Positions 18,484 through 27,126 of a stretch of 64,000 bases of DNA are shown piece by piece. Source of the stretch: Patescibacteria group bacterium (GTDB lineage Bacteria; Patescibacteriota; Patescibacteriia; Veblenbacterales; UBA10138). The position numbers and the translations under genes were made by a program. Position 1 is the first letter of the stretch. Each line of letters opens with the position of its first letter. Under the pieces are notes generated by a model. It did not search any database, was not told the origin of the DNA, and was given only the letters and a program-made list of their open reading frames with translations. The DNA is taken from contig JAHITT010000001.1 in the NCBI GenBank assembly GCA_018817715.1, positions 109,781 to 173,780 of the forward strand. The letters are read 5' to 3'.

Positions 18484-19054
18484 GAGATCTAACTTGATTT
18501 AATAATTTTCTTATTTGTTTAACATTTAACTTAGCCTCCTTTTGGCAATCTTTTAAAGTTAAATAAGATAATTTTTGTTTCATTTTATATTCAGCAAAAT
18601 CAATCGCCTGGGCCAAAGACAGTCCCCGCCTACCCAATTCATGCAATTCTATTAAAAATCCCTCCACAGTAATAAACTTAAAACATTCAGCATTTTTTAC
18701 CACCTCGGCAATCAAAGAAAGTGTCGGCTCTTTGCCATGATGTGCCTTGATTGAATTAATTATTATAATTCTATCAGACTTACTTACTCCCCACTTTTTT
18801 AAAATTGGTTCAACATAAAAAGCGCTCAAAACAGTATGCTTCTTTTGTATCCGGCCTTTAATAACCTTAGAAAAAACCGTATGTGCCAAATACAAAGCTG
18901 CTATAACTAGATCAGATCTCACTTTATGTTTTTTAGACAAAATGAATCCTTTTTTAACAGCCAACTCTGTTAAGGCCCAGGCTGGCGCACCATTCTTAAC
19001 TGTTTGACGCCTCATTAATTCTTTCGCTTTTAAAATCAAAACTTGACCTTTCAT
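18476..19054 (-). CDS. hypothetical protein, degenerate HD-like fold
   Basis: ALYLAH, HTVLSA, IKAHH and VKNAEC resemble an HD domain without the canonical HD. Confidence 0.6.
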   Translation of the reverse strand: MKGQVLILKAKELMRRQTVKNGAPAWALTELAVKKGFILSKKHKVRSDLVIAALYLAHTVFSKVIKGRIQKKHTVLSAFYVEPILKKWGVSKSDRIIIINSIKAHHGKEPTLSLIAEVVKNAECFKFITVEGFLIELHELGRRGLSLAQAIDFAEYKMKQKLSYLTLKDCQKEAKLNVKQIRKLLNQVRSHG

Positions 19055-19068
19055 AAAAACACCTTTAA

Positions 19069-20106
19069 TTATTCAACCGAAATAAAATGTTTAACTAACT
19101 GAATCATTATATCCTTTTGTTTGGGCTGGCTGGAAGCCACCAATAAAGCCAAAGCTACCAAAGTAGTATCGGCTATTTTCCTTTGGCCTTTTTTATTTAG
19201 TAAATAATTATTCCTAGCCAAATATATTATTAACAAAAAAGAAGCGATTCTTTTATTACCATCCACAAAAGGATGATCCTTAATAATTAAATAAAAAAGA
19301 TGAGCTGCTTTATCTTCTAAACTAAAATAAAGTTCCCGGCCAGCATAAGTTTGGTTAACAGCTGCTAAAATACCAACTAAAGAATTACTTTTATCCAAAC
19401 CAAATAAGTCGCTAGCCTGCTTTTTATCAACCAATTGATTCTTTAACTCACTGATAGCCGGCACCGCCTGATCATAGGACAAACGATATTTAATGTTTTG
19501 CAACTCCTTAGCCAAGGCCGGTAAAACACCTTGATCGTAACTGTGAAGCAATAACCAAGACTGAGTATAATCGGTTATAACTTGAAGCAAACCAATCGCC
19601 TCTTCTCTGTCTAAATAACGATTAAGTAAAGTATTTTGTAAAACACTAACCGCTTGCTCTAATTTTTTAAAACTTAAACCAGTTTGGTCTTTAAGACGAT
19701 TTTGATTAAGAGTAAAACCTTGCACTAAATGGTCTTTTAAAACCTTACTGGCCCAAACTCTAAATCTAGTCCCCTGTTTGGAATTAACCCGATAGCCCAC
19801 AGAAATAATGGCATCTAAATTATAATACTCTAAAGCGCGTTTTATCTGACGATTTCCCTCATTTTGAACTGTTGCATATTTGGCAACAGTTGCCGACTTG
19901 TTAAGCTCCTTTTCCTTATAAATATTGGTTAAATGGCGGGAAATTACCGACTTATCCCGATTAAATAAATCGGCCATTTGTTGCAAGGTTAACCAAACCG
20001 TATCTTTATTTAAACGAACTTCTAAAGAAGAAATTTTACCTGTTGGTTGATAAATAATAACTTCACCTCGATTGACTATTGATTTGTTATCTTTACTAGT
20101 GGCCAT
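19069..20106 (-). CDS. RhuM-like DNA-binding domain fused to Fic/Doc domain
   Basis: YNLDAIISVGYRVNS..GTRFRVWA (RhuM) plus HPFVDGNKR (Doc-type Fic motif). Confidence 0.9.
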   Translation of the reverse strand: MATSKDNKSIVNRGEVIIYQPTGKISSLEVRLNKDTVWLTLQQMADLFNRDKSVISRHLTNIYKEKELNKSATVAKYATVQNEGNRQIKRALEYYNLDAIISVGYRVNSKQGTRFRVWASKVLKDHLVQGFTLNQNRLKDQTGLSFKKLEQAVSVLQNTLLNRYLDREEAIGLLQVITDYTQSWLLLHSYDQGVLPALAKELQNIKYRLSYDQAVPAISELKNQLVDKKQASDLFGLDKSNSLVGILAAVNQTYAGRELYFSLEDKAAHLFYLIIKDHPFVDGNKRIASFLLIIYLARNNYLLNKKGQRKIADTTLVALALLVASSQPKQKDIMIQLVKHFISVE

Positions 20107-20121
20107 AAATATTTTTATATC

Positions 20122-21132
20122 CTACAACCATTTTTTTCTTTTAAAATAAGCCAACATAAAACCGGCCACCACCACAATAACCAACCACACCGCGGGATAA
20201 CCATAAGGTGAACTAAGTTCCGGCATATACTTAAAATTCATGCCGTAAACACCAACGATAAAAGTTAAAGGTATAAAAATAGTGGCAATAATCGTAAGAA
20301 CTTTCATAACTTCATTTAAACGATTACTCTCGCTGGATAAATAAACGTCCAACAATCCTAAAACCATGTCGCGGTAAGTTTCTAGGGAATCCATAACCTG
20401 AACAGTGTGATCGTATAGCTCCCTTAAATAAGGTTTTGTATGTTTTTGAATTAAATTAGAATCCGATCTTTCTAGGGTAGACACCACTTCCCGCAAGGGC
20501 CAGACGGCTTTACGCAATAATATTAACTGCCGCCTAAGTCCATGAACAATCCGTGCTGTACTGGGCAACGGCTTATCCACTAATTTATTTTCTAAAGCTT
20601 CAATCTGCTCACCGATTTTTTCCAAAATTAAAAAATAATTATCCACCACGGCATCAGTCAAAGCGTAAGCCAAATAATCAATGCCATTTTTACGTAAACG
20701 ACTATCATCTGTTAATAAAACGGCGCGTAATTTTTCAAAAACATCTTGCGGATTATCTTGAAAAGAAACTAGATAATTTTTACCCACCACCAAACTTATC
20801 TGCTCCGCTGAAATTTTTTTACTATCGACATTATAAAAAACCATTTTAAAAGTCAAAAACAAATAGTCACCATAGTCTTCCAATTTGGGCCTTTGTTGAG
20901 AATTACTAAGAGACTCCGTTACCAAATGATGCCACTTAAGCTGCTTGGCTAAATTAGCTAAAATATCTAAGTTAATTCCGTCAACCACATCTAACCAAAC
21001 CAAACTGGGAGTTGCTACCAATGTGGCCATATCGGGCAAAGATTTTAATTCTCGTTTTTGACAATTATTTTTATCGTATTCAAAAACTCTAAAGTTGGGT
21101 TGCTTATCAGCTGTCTTAGTTAGATTAGACAT
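20122..21132 (-). CDS. corA: magnesium/cobalt transporter CorA
   Basis: QRPKLEDY, YGMNF signature, two C-terminal TM helices. Confidence 0.95.
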   Translation of the reverse strand: MSNLTKTADKQPNFRVFEYDKNNCQKRELKSLPDMATLVATPSLVWLDVVDGINLDILANLAKQLKWHHLVTESLSNSQQRPKLEDYGDYLFLTFKMVFYNVDSKKISAEQISLVVGKNYLVSFQDNPQDVFEKLRAVLLTDDSRLRKNGIDYLAYALTDAVVDNYFLILEKIGEQIEALENKLVDKPLPSTARIVHGLRRQLILLRKAVWPLREVVSTLERSDSNLIQKHTKPYLRELYDHTVQVMDSLETYRDMVLGLLDVYLSSESNRLNEVMKVLTIIATIFIPLTFIVGVYGMNFKYMPELSSPYGYPAVWLVIVVVAGFMLAYFKRKKWL

Positions 21133-21150
21133 AAAATAAAAGTAAACCAA

Positions 21151-21735
21151 TTAGGACCTATTTAAAAAAGGGTTAACACCTCCAAAAACTATTTCCGGTG
21201 TTTGATTATTTATAATATCTTCCGACAAATTATATTTTAAACTATATAAATGGCCGATAGCACAAAATTTGGCCTGACTATAATCAAAACCTAAAGCCAA
21301 ACTAACTTCCTTAACCATCTGCTCGCTAGAACCCTCTATTTCCACGAACGGTTCTAACCAGGGCCACTGGTCTATAGTTATTTCCACATCCGATAATTTC
21401 CATAATTCTCTAGTTGATTCCTGATAAGCCTTTTTTTGGCAACCAATCGCTGTCAACAATTCCACCGCCTTAGTAAAATTGGACACTTGCAAACAAATTT
21501 CTTTTTGATCCTCAATCCGGCCATTGATAACTTGTTTATAGCTTAAGGTTATTTTATCCGCCTCATCCCTCACTCTAAGCCAAGCACCCGGTTTAGCCTG
21601 TCCAGACGGCAAGGTAAAAACTACCCGTTTTTGTAAAAATTCAGGTTTAATTAATAAGGCGCCAGCTTTAGTAAGCCTTTGCCTAATGTCGGCCTTTTCC
21701 ACCGGACTAAAAGTAGCTTCGTATTCCGTGTCCAT
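21151..21735 (-). CDS. CYTH domain protein
   Basis: EYE, WLRVRDE, TLSYK, FVEIEG. Confidence 0.88.
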   Translation of the reverse strand: MDTEYEATFSPVEKADIRQRLTKAGALLIKPEFLQKRVVFTLPSGQAKPGAWLRVRDEADKITLSYKQVINGRIEDQKEICLQVSNFTKAVELLTAIGCQKKAYQESTRELWKLSDVEITIDQWPWLEPFVEIEGSSEQMVKEVSLALGFDYSQAKFCAIGHLYSLKYNLSEDIINNQTPEIVFGGVNPFLNRS

Positions 21736-21756
21736 ATTCACTATTATAACACCAAA

Positions 21757-22227
21757 TCAATAATGATAATTTTTATTTTTTAAAATAGTAATTGCCCGAT
21801 AAATTTGCTCAATCAGCATTACCCTGGCTAATTCGTGAGGCAGGGTCATTTGGGACAAAGCCAATTTCTGAAAACCCGGATAATGCAAGACCTCCTTGGA
21901 TAAACCTAAGGTACCGCCAACCACAAAAACTATTAACCCCTGGCAATTAGTTAACTTGCCGACTAATTGACTAGAGGTATATTCAGTACCATGCTCGTCT
22001 AAAACAAAAAAACAACCATGTTCAATTTTCTTTATTTCTTTTAACAAGCGCTCACCTTCGGCGCGCTTTACCCTGTCTCGATCAGCCCGTTCTGTAAAAG
22101 ACTCCGGCTTTACTTCCCTAATCTCCACTTTGCCATAAGGTTGTAACCGTTTTAAATATTCCCTACAGGCCTGCTGGTAAAAACTTGTCTTAAGTTTACC
22201 TACAGCTAAAATTATTATTTTAAACAT
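21757..22227 (-). CDS. rlmH: 23S rRNA (pseudouridine1915-N3)-methyltransferase
   Basis: AVGKLK..EYLKRL, GGTLGLS, TLPHELARVMLIEQIYRA..YH. Confidence 0.95.
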   Translation of the reverse strand: MFKIIILAVGKLKTSFYQQACREYLKRLQPYGKVEIREVKPESFTERADRDRVKRAEGERLLKEIKKIEHGCFFVLDEHGTEYTSSQLVGKLTNCQGLIVFVVGGTLGLSKEVLHYPGFQKLALSQMTLPHELARVMLIEQIYRAITILKNKNYHY

Positions 22228-22307
22228 ACTATAATTATAAAGCAATTTGACAAAACCCCCAATAAAAGCTAATAAAAGAAAAGTTAAACAAACAAAGGGG
22301 CTTAACA

Positions 22308-22874
22308 ATGAAAGGAATATTTTTGGCCTTAATTGGGCCTAACGGAACTGGAAAAACCAGTTTAGCTAAAAACCTGGCTAAGCGGCTGGGCTGGTTGTAT
22401 CTAAAATCCCCGCCTAAACAATTTTGGCGAGAAAGAAGCCATATAGAAAGGCTTGGTGACTTACAAGATAGATATAAATTTTATTTAAAAATCAATAAAT
22501 ATTTATCTATCTTTATTAAAAAAAAGATATACCAAGGTAAATCCGTTATACTAGACAGGTACTATTTGGATACTTGGATTACCCATAATCAAATAATCCA
22601 AGAAAAAGATTTCCGAGGATTATTGGAGCCTAATCTTACAATCTTAGTGACTTGTACGGTAAAAAAACAACTGAAGCGATTGGCTAAAAGAAAAAAACTA
22701 TCAACATCTGAAAAAAGATACTCCACCGCACAACTCAATTCCCTAACTCAAACTTATAGAAAAATAGCTACCAGGGCTACACGTTTATTACTAATAAACA
22801 CGGACAAAAAAACCAAAAAACAAAACCTGGCTATAACCTTAGATGCTCTTAAAAAATTGGAACTTATATCTTAA
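22308..22874 (+). CDS. P-loop nucleoside monophosphate kinase (thymidylate/UMP-CMP kinase-like)
   Basis: GPNGTGKTS, VILDRY, PNLTILV. Confidence 0.75.
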   Translation: MKGIFLALIGPNGTGKTSLAKNLAKRLGWLYLKSPPKQFWRERSHIERLGDLQDRYKFYLKINKYLSIFIKKKIYQGKSVILDRYYLDTWITHNQIIQEKDFRGLLEPNLTILVTCTVKKQLKRLAKRKKLSTSEKRYSTAQLNSLTQTYRKIATRATRLLLINTDKKTKKQNLAITLDALKKLELIS

Positions 22875-22906
22875 CCCTTGTTTTATAAAAATAAAACAAG
22901 GGTTAG
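22872..22906. terminator. bidirectional terminator
   Basis: TAACCCTTGTTTTAT / ATAAAACAAGGGTTA inverted repeat between convergent genes. Confidence 0.75.
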
Positions 22907-22912
22907 TTTTTA

Positions 22913-24466
22913 TTACTTAGGCAAAAGCTCTCTGGATTTAACAGCTGGCTGATCAATTGAATCTGTGAACGGCTCAATCATAGGCCAAGACTGAGGCGTT
23001 GGCCGGTTGTTTTGGCCATTGTTAGCCAAAGCTTGATCAACCAATTCCTTAACCAAAGGCACCACTACCCCTACTTGATTTAATTGGTTTTGGTGGCTGT
23101 TAAAATTATTAACCGGAAACAATAAAGCTGGCACATACAAAAATTGGCCACTATTTTCTTTTTGCTGCCACCATTTAGCATAAATTAACTTAGGAGTCAT
23201 AAGTTCTACATCTCCGCCCGGCTGATTTGATTCCATAATATAATAAATATCACTTTGCCAACCACCCTGAAGCGCTAATTTTAACAAACGATCAAAATCC
23301 GTTTCCATTTCATAGGCTGAACCAACAAAACTATTAAGCTGAGCTCCCCATAAGCCGGTCACCCGCTGACTACGCAAACTAACACTAACAGTTAAACCAA
23401 CTGGCTGACCGCCAGATAGTTCATACACCTCTTTGTCCTGCAGACTCCAGGGATATAAAACAGTCATAGTATCTGGATAATAAATTTCCTGACCAGAAAC
23501 GGTCTGAGCCAAAACCCTGGGCCAATCTTTATTAACTATCGGCTGACCATAATCACTTAAATCAAAATTTATATCTGACAAAAATTTATTAGCAATTGAT
23601 ATTAACTGATCATTAGGCAACAACTGCTCTTGAGTAATTCTGTTTTGTATTACGCAAGCCTCATCCCTACAATTAGCTTCCGGATGAGGCCAATAAGCCC
23701 AGTTTTCTCCCAAAGACAACTGCCCTTCACTACCGCTCCAGCTGACTATATAACCAAATTCTTTATTTTGTGATAATGACCAAGACTGTAAAGACAGATC
23801 ATTGAATTTGCTTAAATCCAAAGGCAATTTGCCTAATTGTCCAAATAGTCCTCTAATCGAGCCACTACTTGAAGATGGTTGATATTGCACAACCATGCTG
23901 GAGCTAGGCAAATCATCGATTTTTTCCCCTTTATAAACATAGTTCAAACTCGGCTGCGGCTGATAAGGTGCCGGATAAATTAAAGATTTAGCACTGGCTG
24001 ATGAATCAGCTGACAAAGATTCAGCCCGAGGAGCCGCTAGGCTTAAGCCGCCACCTCCACCCAAACCAGTAGCTTGCTTAATCGCTGGCTGACTCAACAA
24101 AGAACCAAAAGCTCTGTCTGGTAATCCAATTAGTTTGTTTGAATTAATCTGATAGTCTAATTTAGGTAAAAATTGAACAGTCAAAATGACTAACAATAAA
24201 ATACCGCTAACACCCCAACCTAATACAGGTGATCTAAAATAATTGCCTATCACACCAAAATAAGTAGACCAAAAGTTAGTCGGCCGCTTAGCAAACTTAT
24301 TTAACAATTGATTTTTTAATTCATTCTTAAAATTTTCATCTATTACCAAAGCGGGCCGGGCCATAGTTAAAGCCTGCAAAATTTTAATCAATTCCCCCTC
24401 CCTCTGGCGTAAACCAGGCTCTAATTGATAAATATCTTCTAATATCTGCTGATAAATATTTTCCAT
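22913..24466 (-). CDS. single-pass membrane protein, candidate anti-sigma factor
   Basis: 4 nt downstream of the ECF sigma; about 80-aa cytoplasmic N-domain, one TM, large extracellular region. Confidence 0.7.
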   Translation of the reverse strand: MENIYQQILEDIYQLEPGLRQREGELIKILQALTMARPALVIDENFKNELKNQLLNKFAKRPTNFWSTYFGVIGNYFRSPVLGWGVSGILLLVILTVQFLPKLDYQINSNKLIGLPDRAFGSLLSQPAIKQATGLGGGGGLSLAAPRAESLSADSSASAKSLIYPAPYQPQPSLNYVYKGEKIDDLPSSSMVVQYQPSSSSGSIRGLFGQLGKLPLDLSKFNDLSLQSWSLSQNKEFGYIVSWSGSEGQLSLGENWAYWPHPEANCRDEACVIQNRITQEQLLPNDQLISIANKFLSDINFDLSDYGQPIVNKDWPRVLAQTVSGQEIYYPDTMTVLYPWSLQDKEVYELSGGQPVGLTVSVSLRSQRVTGLWGAQLNSFVGSAYEMETDFDRLLKLALQGGWQSDIYYIMESNQPGGDVELMTPKLIYAKWWQQKENSGQFLYVPALLFPVNNFNSHQNQLNQVGVVVPLVKELVDQALANNGQNNRPTPQSWPMIEPFTDSIDQPAVKSRELLPK

Positions 24467-24470
24467 AATG

Positions 24471-25049
24471 CTAATTTCGGTAAAACTGACCGATAATTGT
24501 TAAATAAAGCAGGACTAAAGGGAACTCCTGTCTGATTTTAGCCATCGTCCGACTAAAAGACATTTTACAACTAGCTAAACTTTTGCCAGTTACTCCAGCT
24601 ATTTCTTCATAAGACAAACCATCCCATAATCTTAATAAAACAATTTCCCTCTGCTCTTTAGATAAATTATTTAAATAACTCTGTATTTGTTCCAAAGCGA
24701 TGTTGTTAGCCGCCTCTTTAGCTGGATTATCCTGGGAGCTTAAATTTCCTATCAAATCTATATCCTCAGTAATTTGGCTGGTGCGCCAATGATCATAAAG
24801 AGTATTACGGGCGATACGGTACAGCCAAGCGGAGAAAGTTCCTTTATCAGCCTTGTATTGATATAACTTTTCCAAAGCTTTAGTAAAAATTAAACTAGTC
24901 AAATCCTCACTAACTTCTTTGTGTCTGGTGCGATAATAAATAAAACCGTATATTTTTTTAAAATATTCTTCATAAAGACTGCTAAAAGCACCTAAGTCGC
25001 CCTGCTGCGCTCGGCTGATGATCTGGCTGTTTTGTTCAATTGCTTCCAT
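24471..25049 (-). CDS. ECF RNA polymerase sigma factor
   Basis: EDLTS..F, FSAWLYRIARN (region 2); QREIVLLR..LSYEEIA (region 4). Confidence 0.95.
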   Translation of the reverse strand: MEAIEQNSQIISRAQQGDLGAFSSLYEEYFKKIYGFIYYRTRHKEVSEDLTSLIFTKALEKLYQYKADKGTFSAWLYRIARNTLYDHWRTSQITEDIDLIGNLSSQDNPAKEAANNIALEQIQSYLNNLSKEQREIVLLRLWDGLSYEEIAGVTGKSLASCKMSFSRTMAKIRQEFPLVLLYLTIIGQFYRN

Positions 25050-25177
25050 GTTAAACCGTATTTTAAATAATTGGGCCGACTATCAAATGTAAATCCTCGT
25101 TCGGACCAATAAAAACTTTTTAGTCTTTTAAGCATAGCATTTTACTTTAATTATTTAAATAACCCCCTATTATAACC

Positions 25178-25202
25178 TACGACTCAACTAACAAAAAGTA
25201 AC
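25178..25202 (-). promoter_or_regulatory. ECF-type promoter GTTAC-N16-CGTA upstream of the sigma gene
   Basis: GTTAC TTTTTGTTAGTTGAGT CGTA; same motif occurs twice more nearby. Confidence 0.75.
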
Positions 25203-25230
25203 CCCTCCTCTTATAAAGAGGAGGGGTTAA
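25199..25230 (-). terminator. terminator after SIMPL gene, overlapping the ECF -35 element
   Basis: TAACCCCTCCTCTT / AAGAGGAGGGGTTA followed by CTTTTT on the minus strand. Confidence 0.75.
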
Positions 25231-25252
25231 AAATACCAAATAACTTCGGTTG

Positions 25253-26029
25253 TTATTTAATCTTATAGTTCAAATTCACTTCTATAACAACTTCCTGACT
25301 ACCACTAGGCAATTGCGGTGAACCAGCCGAACCCATACCACCCTTACCATCATAATAAGGCATTGGTTGACCTGGCACCTGAATCAGGTTCTCCCACCAA
25401 CCGACAACTTCCCCCAAAGTAACCCCGGCCGCGGCAGACAATTTAACCGACTTAGTCTTGGCATCAACAATCGCTTTTAGTCTGGCTTCTTCTTTCAAAT
25501 TTTCTAGATTAGAAGTTTCAAAACTAATACCAGTTACTTGATTGGCGCCAGCTTCGGTCGCACCAGCAATAACTTTGGCTACCTTAGTACTATCGCCAGC
25601 AATTTCATTAACTTTAACTATTAACTGCTGATTAGCGCTATAACCCGAAGGTACTGTAACACCATCTTTATAATCGTACTGCGGATTAAGATAATAAGAT
25701 TGAGTTTGTATATCAGTTTCGTTAATACCCGCTGCCTTAGCGGCCGCTATAACTTTAACCATTTTATCATTAAGCTCCTGCAAAGCCTTAGCAGCTGTGG
25801 CTACTTTATCAACTTGCACCCCCAAAGTCACATTGGCAATATCGGGCTGATAACTAACCCGACCCTGCCCTGTAACATTAACCTGCCACTGCGGCTGGTT
25901 AACAAACCTATCTCTTAATAAAGCTAACACCAAAATACCCGCTAATAAAACTAACCCTACTAGACTAAGAATAGTCTTAGGGCTACGCCAGCTTAGGCAA
26001 CAAGCGCTGGTCGAATCAATCTGTTCCAT
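25253..26029 (-). CDS. SIMPL (DUF541) domain protein
   Basis: VTGQGRVSYQPDIA, DIQTQSYYLNPQY, GANQVTGISF, ARLKAIVDAK. Confidence 0.92.
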   Translation of the reverse strand: MEQIDSTSACCLSWRSPKTILSLVGLVLLAGILVLALLRDRFVNQPQWQVNVTGQGRVSYQPDIANVTLGVQVDKVATAAKALQELNDKMVKVIAAAKAAGINETDIQTQSYYLNPQYDYKDGVTVPSGYSANQQLIVKVNEIAGDSTKVAKVIAGATEAGANQVTGISFETSNLENLKEEARLKAIVDAKTKSVKLSAAAGVTLGEVVGWWENLIQVPGQPMPYYDGKGGMGSAGSPQLPSGSQEVVIEVNLNYKIK

Positions 26030-26104
26030 AAAACATTCCCTTTTTATAACCTAAACAGGCTTTAGCCTATTTAGGGCTGTTAAATAATAAATTCTAACTA
26101 ATTA

Positions 26105-26129
26105 TACGCTAGTTAATCCAAAAAGTAAC
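26105..26129 (-). promoter_or_regulatory. ECF-type promoter GTTAC-N16-CGTA for leftward SIMPL gene
   Basis: GTTAC TTTTTGGATTAACTAG CGTA. Confidence 0.75.
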
Positions 26130-26181
26130 ATGACTGACTTATTTATGAATTATAACTAAAGTCTGGTATTTTAAGCAAAGT

Positions 26182-26206
26182 GTTACTAATATTAAACTGA
26201 ATCGTA
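26182..26206 (+). promoter_or_regulatory. ECF-type promoter GTTAC-N16-CGTA for rightward SIMPL gene
   Basis: GTTAC TAATATTAAACTGAAT CGTA. Confidence 0.75.
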
Positions 26207-26245
26207 AGCTATAATATAAACGTTCTAATTATTAACCTAAAAACT

Positions 26246-27037
26246 ATGATCAATGAACCCTATAGTCAAATACCCAGCAAACTAAAAATAGCTTTAGGTC
26301 TGTTACTAATATTATGGCTAGCCACCCTAAGTGTTCACAAAATTTTTCAAGCTGGCCTATCTTACCAAGAATTAAATCACTGGCAAAATCCCCGCAGTAC
26401 CAATGATACAGTAAGTTTAAGTGGTGAAGGTAAAGTTGTCGCCATTCCAGACGTAGCCATAATTTCTCTATCTGTAGAAAACCGATCCAAAACCGTGGCT
26501 GCCGTCCAACAAGATAGCAATAAAAAAATGAATGATATTGTTTCTTATCTTAAGGGCCTAGACATTGATAAAAAAGATATCAAAACCACCAACTATAATT
26601 TAAGACCACTGTACGCTTACAACCAAGAAACTGGCAAACAAATTTTTGACGGCTACGAATTAAATCAAACCATTGAAGTTAAAATAAGACAACTGGATAA
26701 AGCCAGCCAAGTTTTAGATGGTGCTTTAAGTAAGGGTGCCAATCAAATCGGCCAGCTTAATTTTACTGTCGATAATCCAGAACAATTGCGAAACGAGGCA
26801 AGACTTAAAGCCATTGCCCAAGCTAAAGAAAAAGCCCTTGCTTTGGCTGAAGCGGCTGGTGTAAAACTAGGCAAAGTCCGCTCTTTTTCAGAAAATACTA
26901 ATTCACCAACTCCTTACCGAAATTATCTAAGCCAAGATTTATCCTATGCTGAATCAGCCAAAACTATAGCGCCAACTATAGAAGCTGGGAGTCAAGAAAT
27001 AATTGTCCAAGTAACTATGAGTTTTGAAATTGAATAA
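26246..27037 (+). CDS. SIMPL (DUF541) domain protein, divergent paralog
   Basis: SGEGKVVAIPDVA, DIKTTNYNLRPLY, GANQIGQLNF, ARLKAIAQAKEKA. Confidence 0.92.
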   Translation: MINEPYSQIPSKLKIALGLLLILWLATLSVHKIFQAGLSYQELNHWQNPRSTNDTVSLSGEGKVVAIPDVAIISLSVENRSKTVAAVQQDSNKKMNDIVSYLKGLDIDKKDIKTTNYNLRPLYAYNQETGKQIFDGYELNQTIEVKIRQLDKASQVLDGALSKGANQIGQLNFTVDNPEQLRNEARLKAIAQAKEKALALAEAAGVKLGKVRSFSENTNSPTPYRNYLSQDLSYAESAKTIAPTIEAGSQEIIVQVTMSFEIE

Positions 27038-27061
27038 TACGATTCAATTCTAATTCCTACT

Positions 27062-27094
27062 CACCCACTCTTTAATAAGGGTGGGTGTTGTTTT
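27062..27094 (+). terminator. intrinsic terminator
   Basis: CACCCACTCTT..AAGGGTGGGTG followed by TTGTTTT. Confidence 0.7.
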
Positions 27095-27126
27095 ATATAT
27101 TTTATTTTTTATATAAATAACAAACA

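Noticed and set aside
21151-21735. CYTH gene as part of a cyclic-nucleotide defence system
   Set aside because: No effector or sensor genes adjacent; it sits between housekeeping rlmH and corA.
24991-25135. Out-of-frame uORF (MLKRLKSFYWSERGFTF...) overlapping the ECF sigma start
   Set aside because: No supporting signal; the GFT prepilin-like match lacks the following hydrophobic helix.
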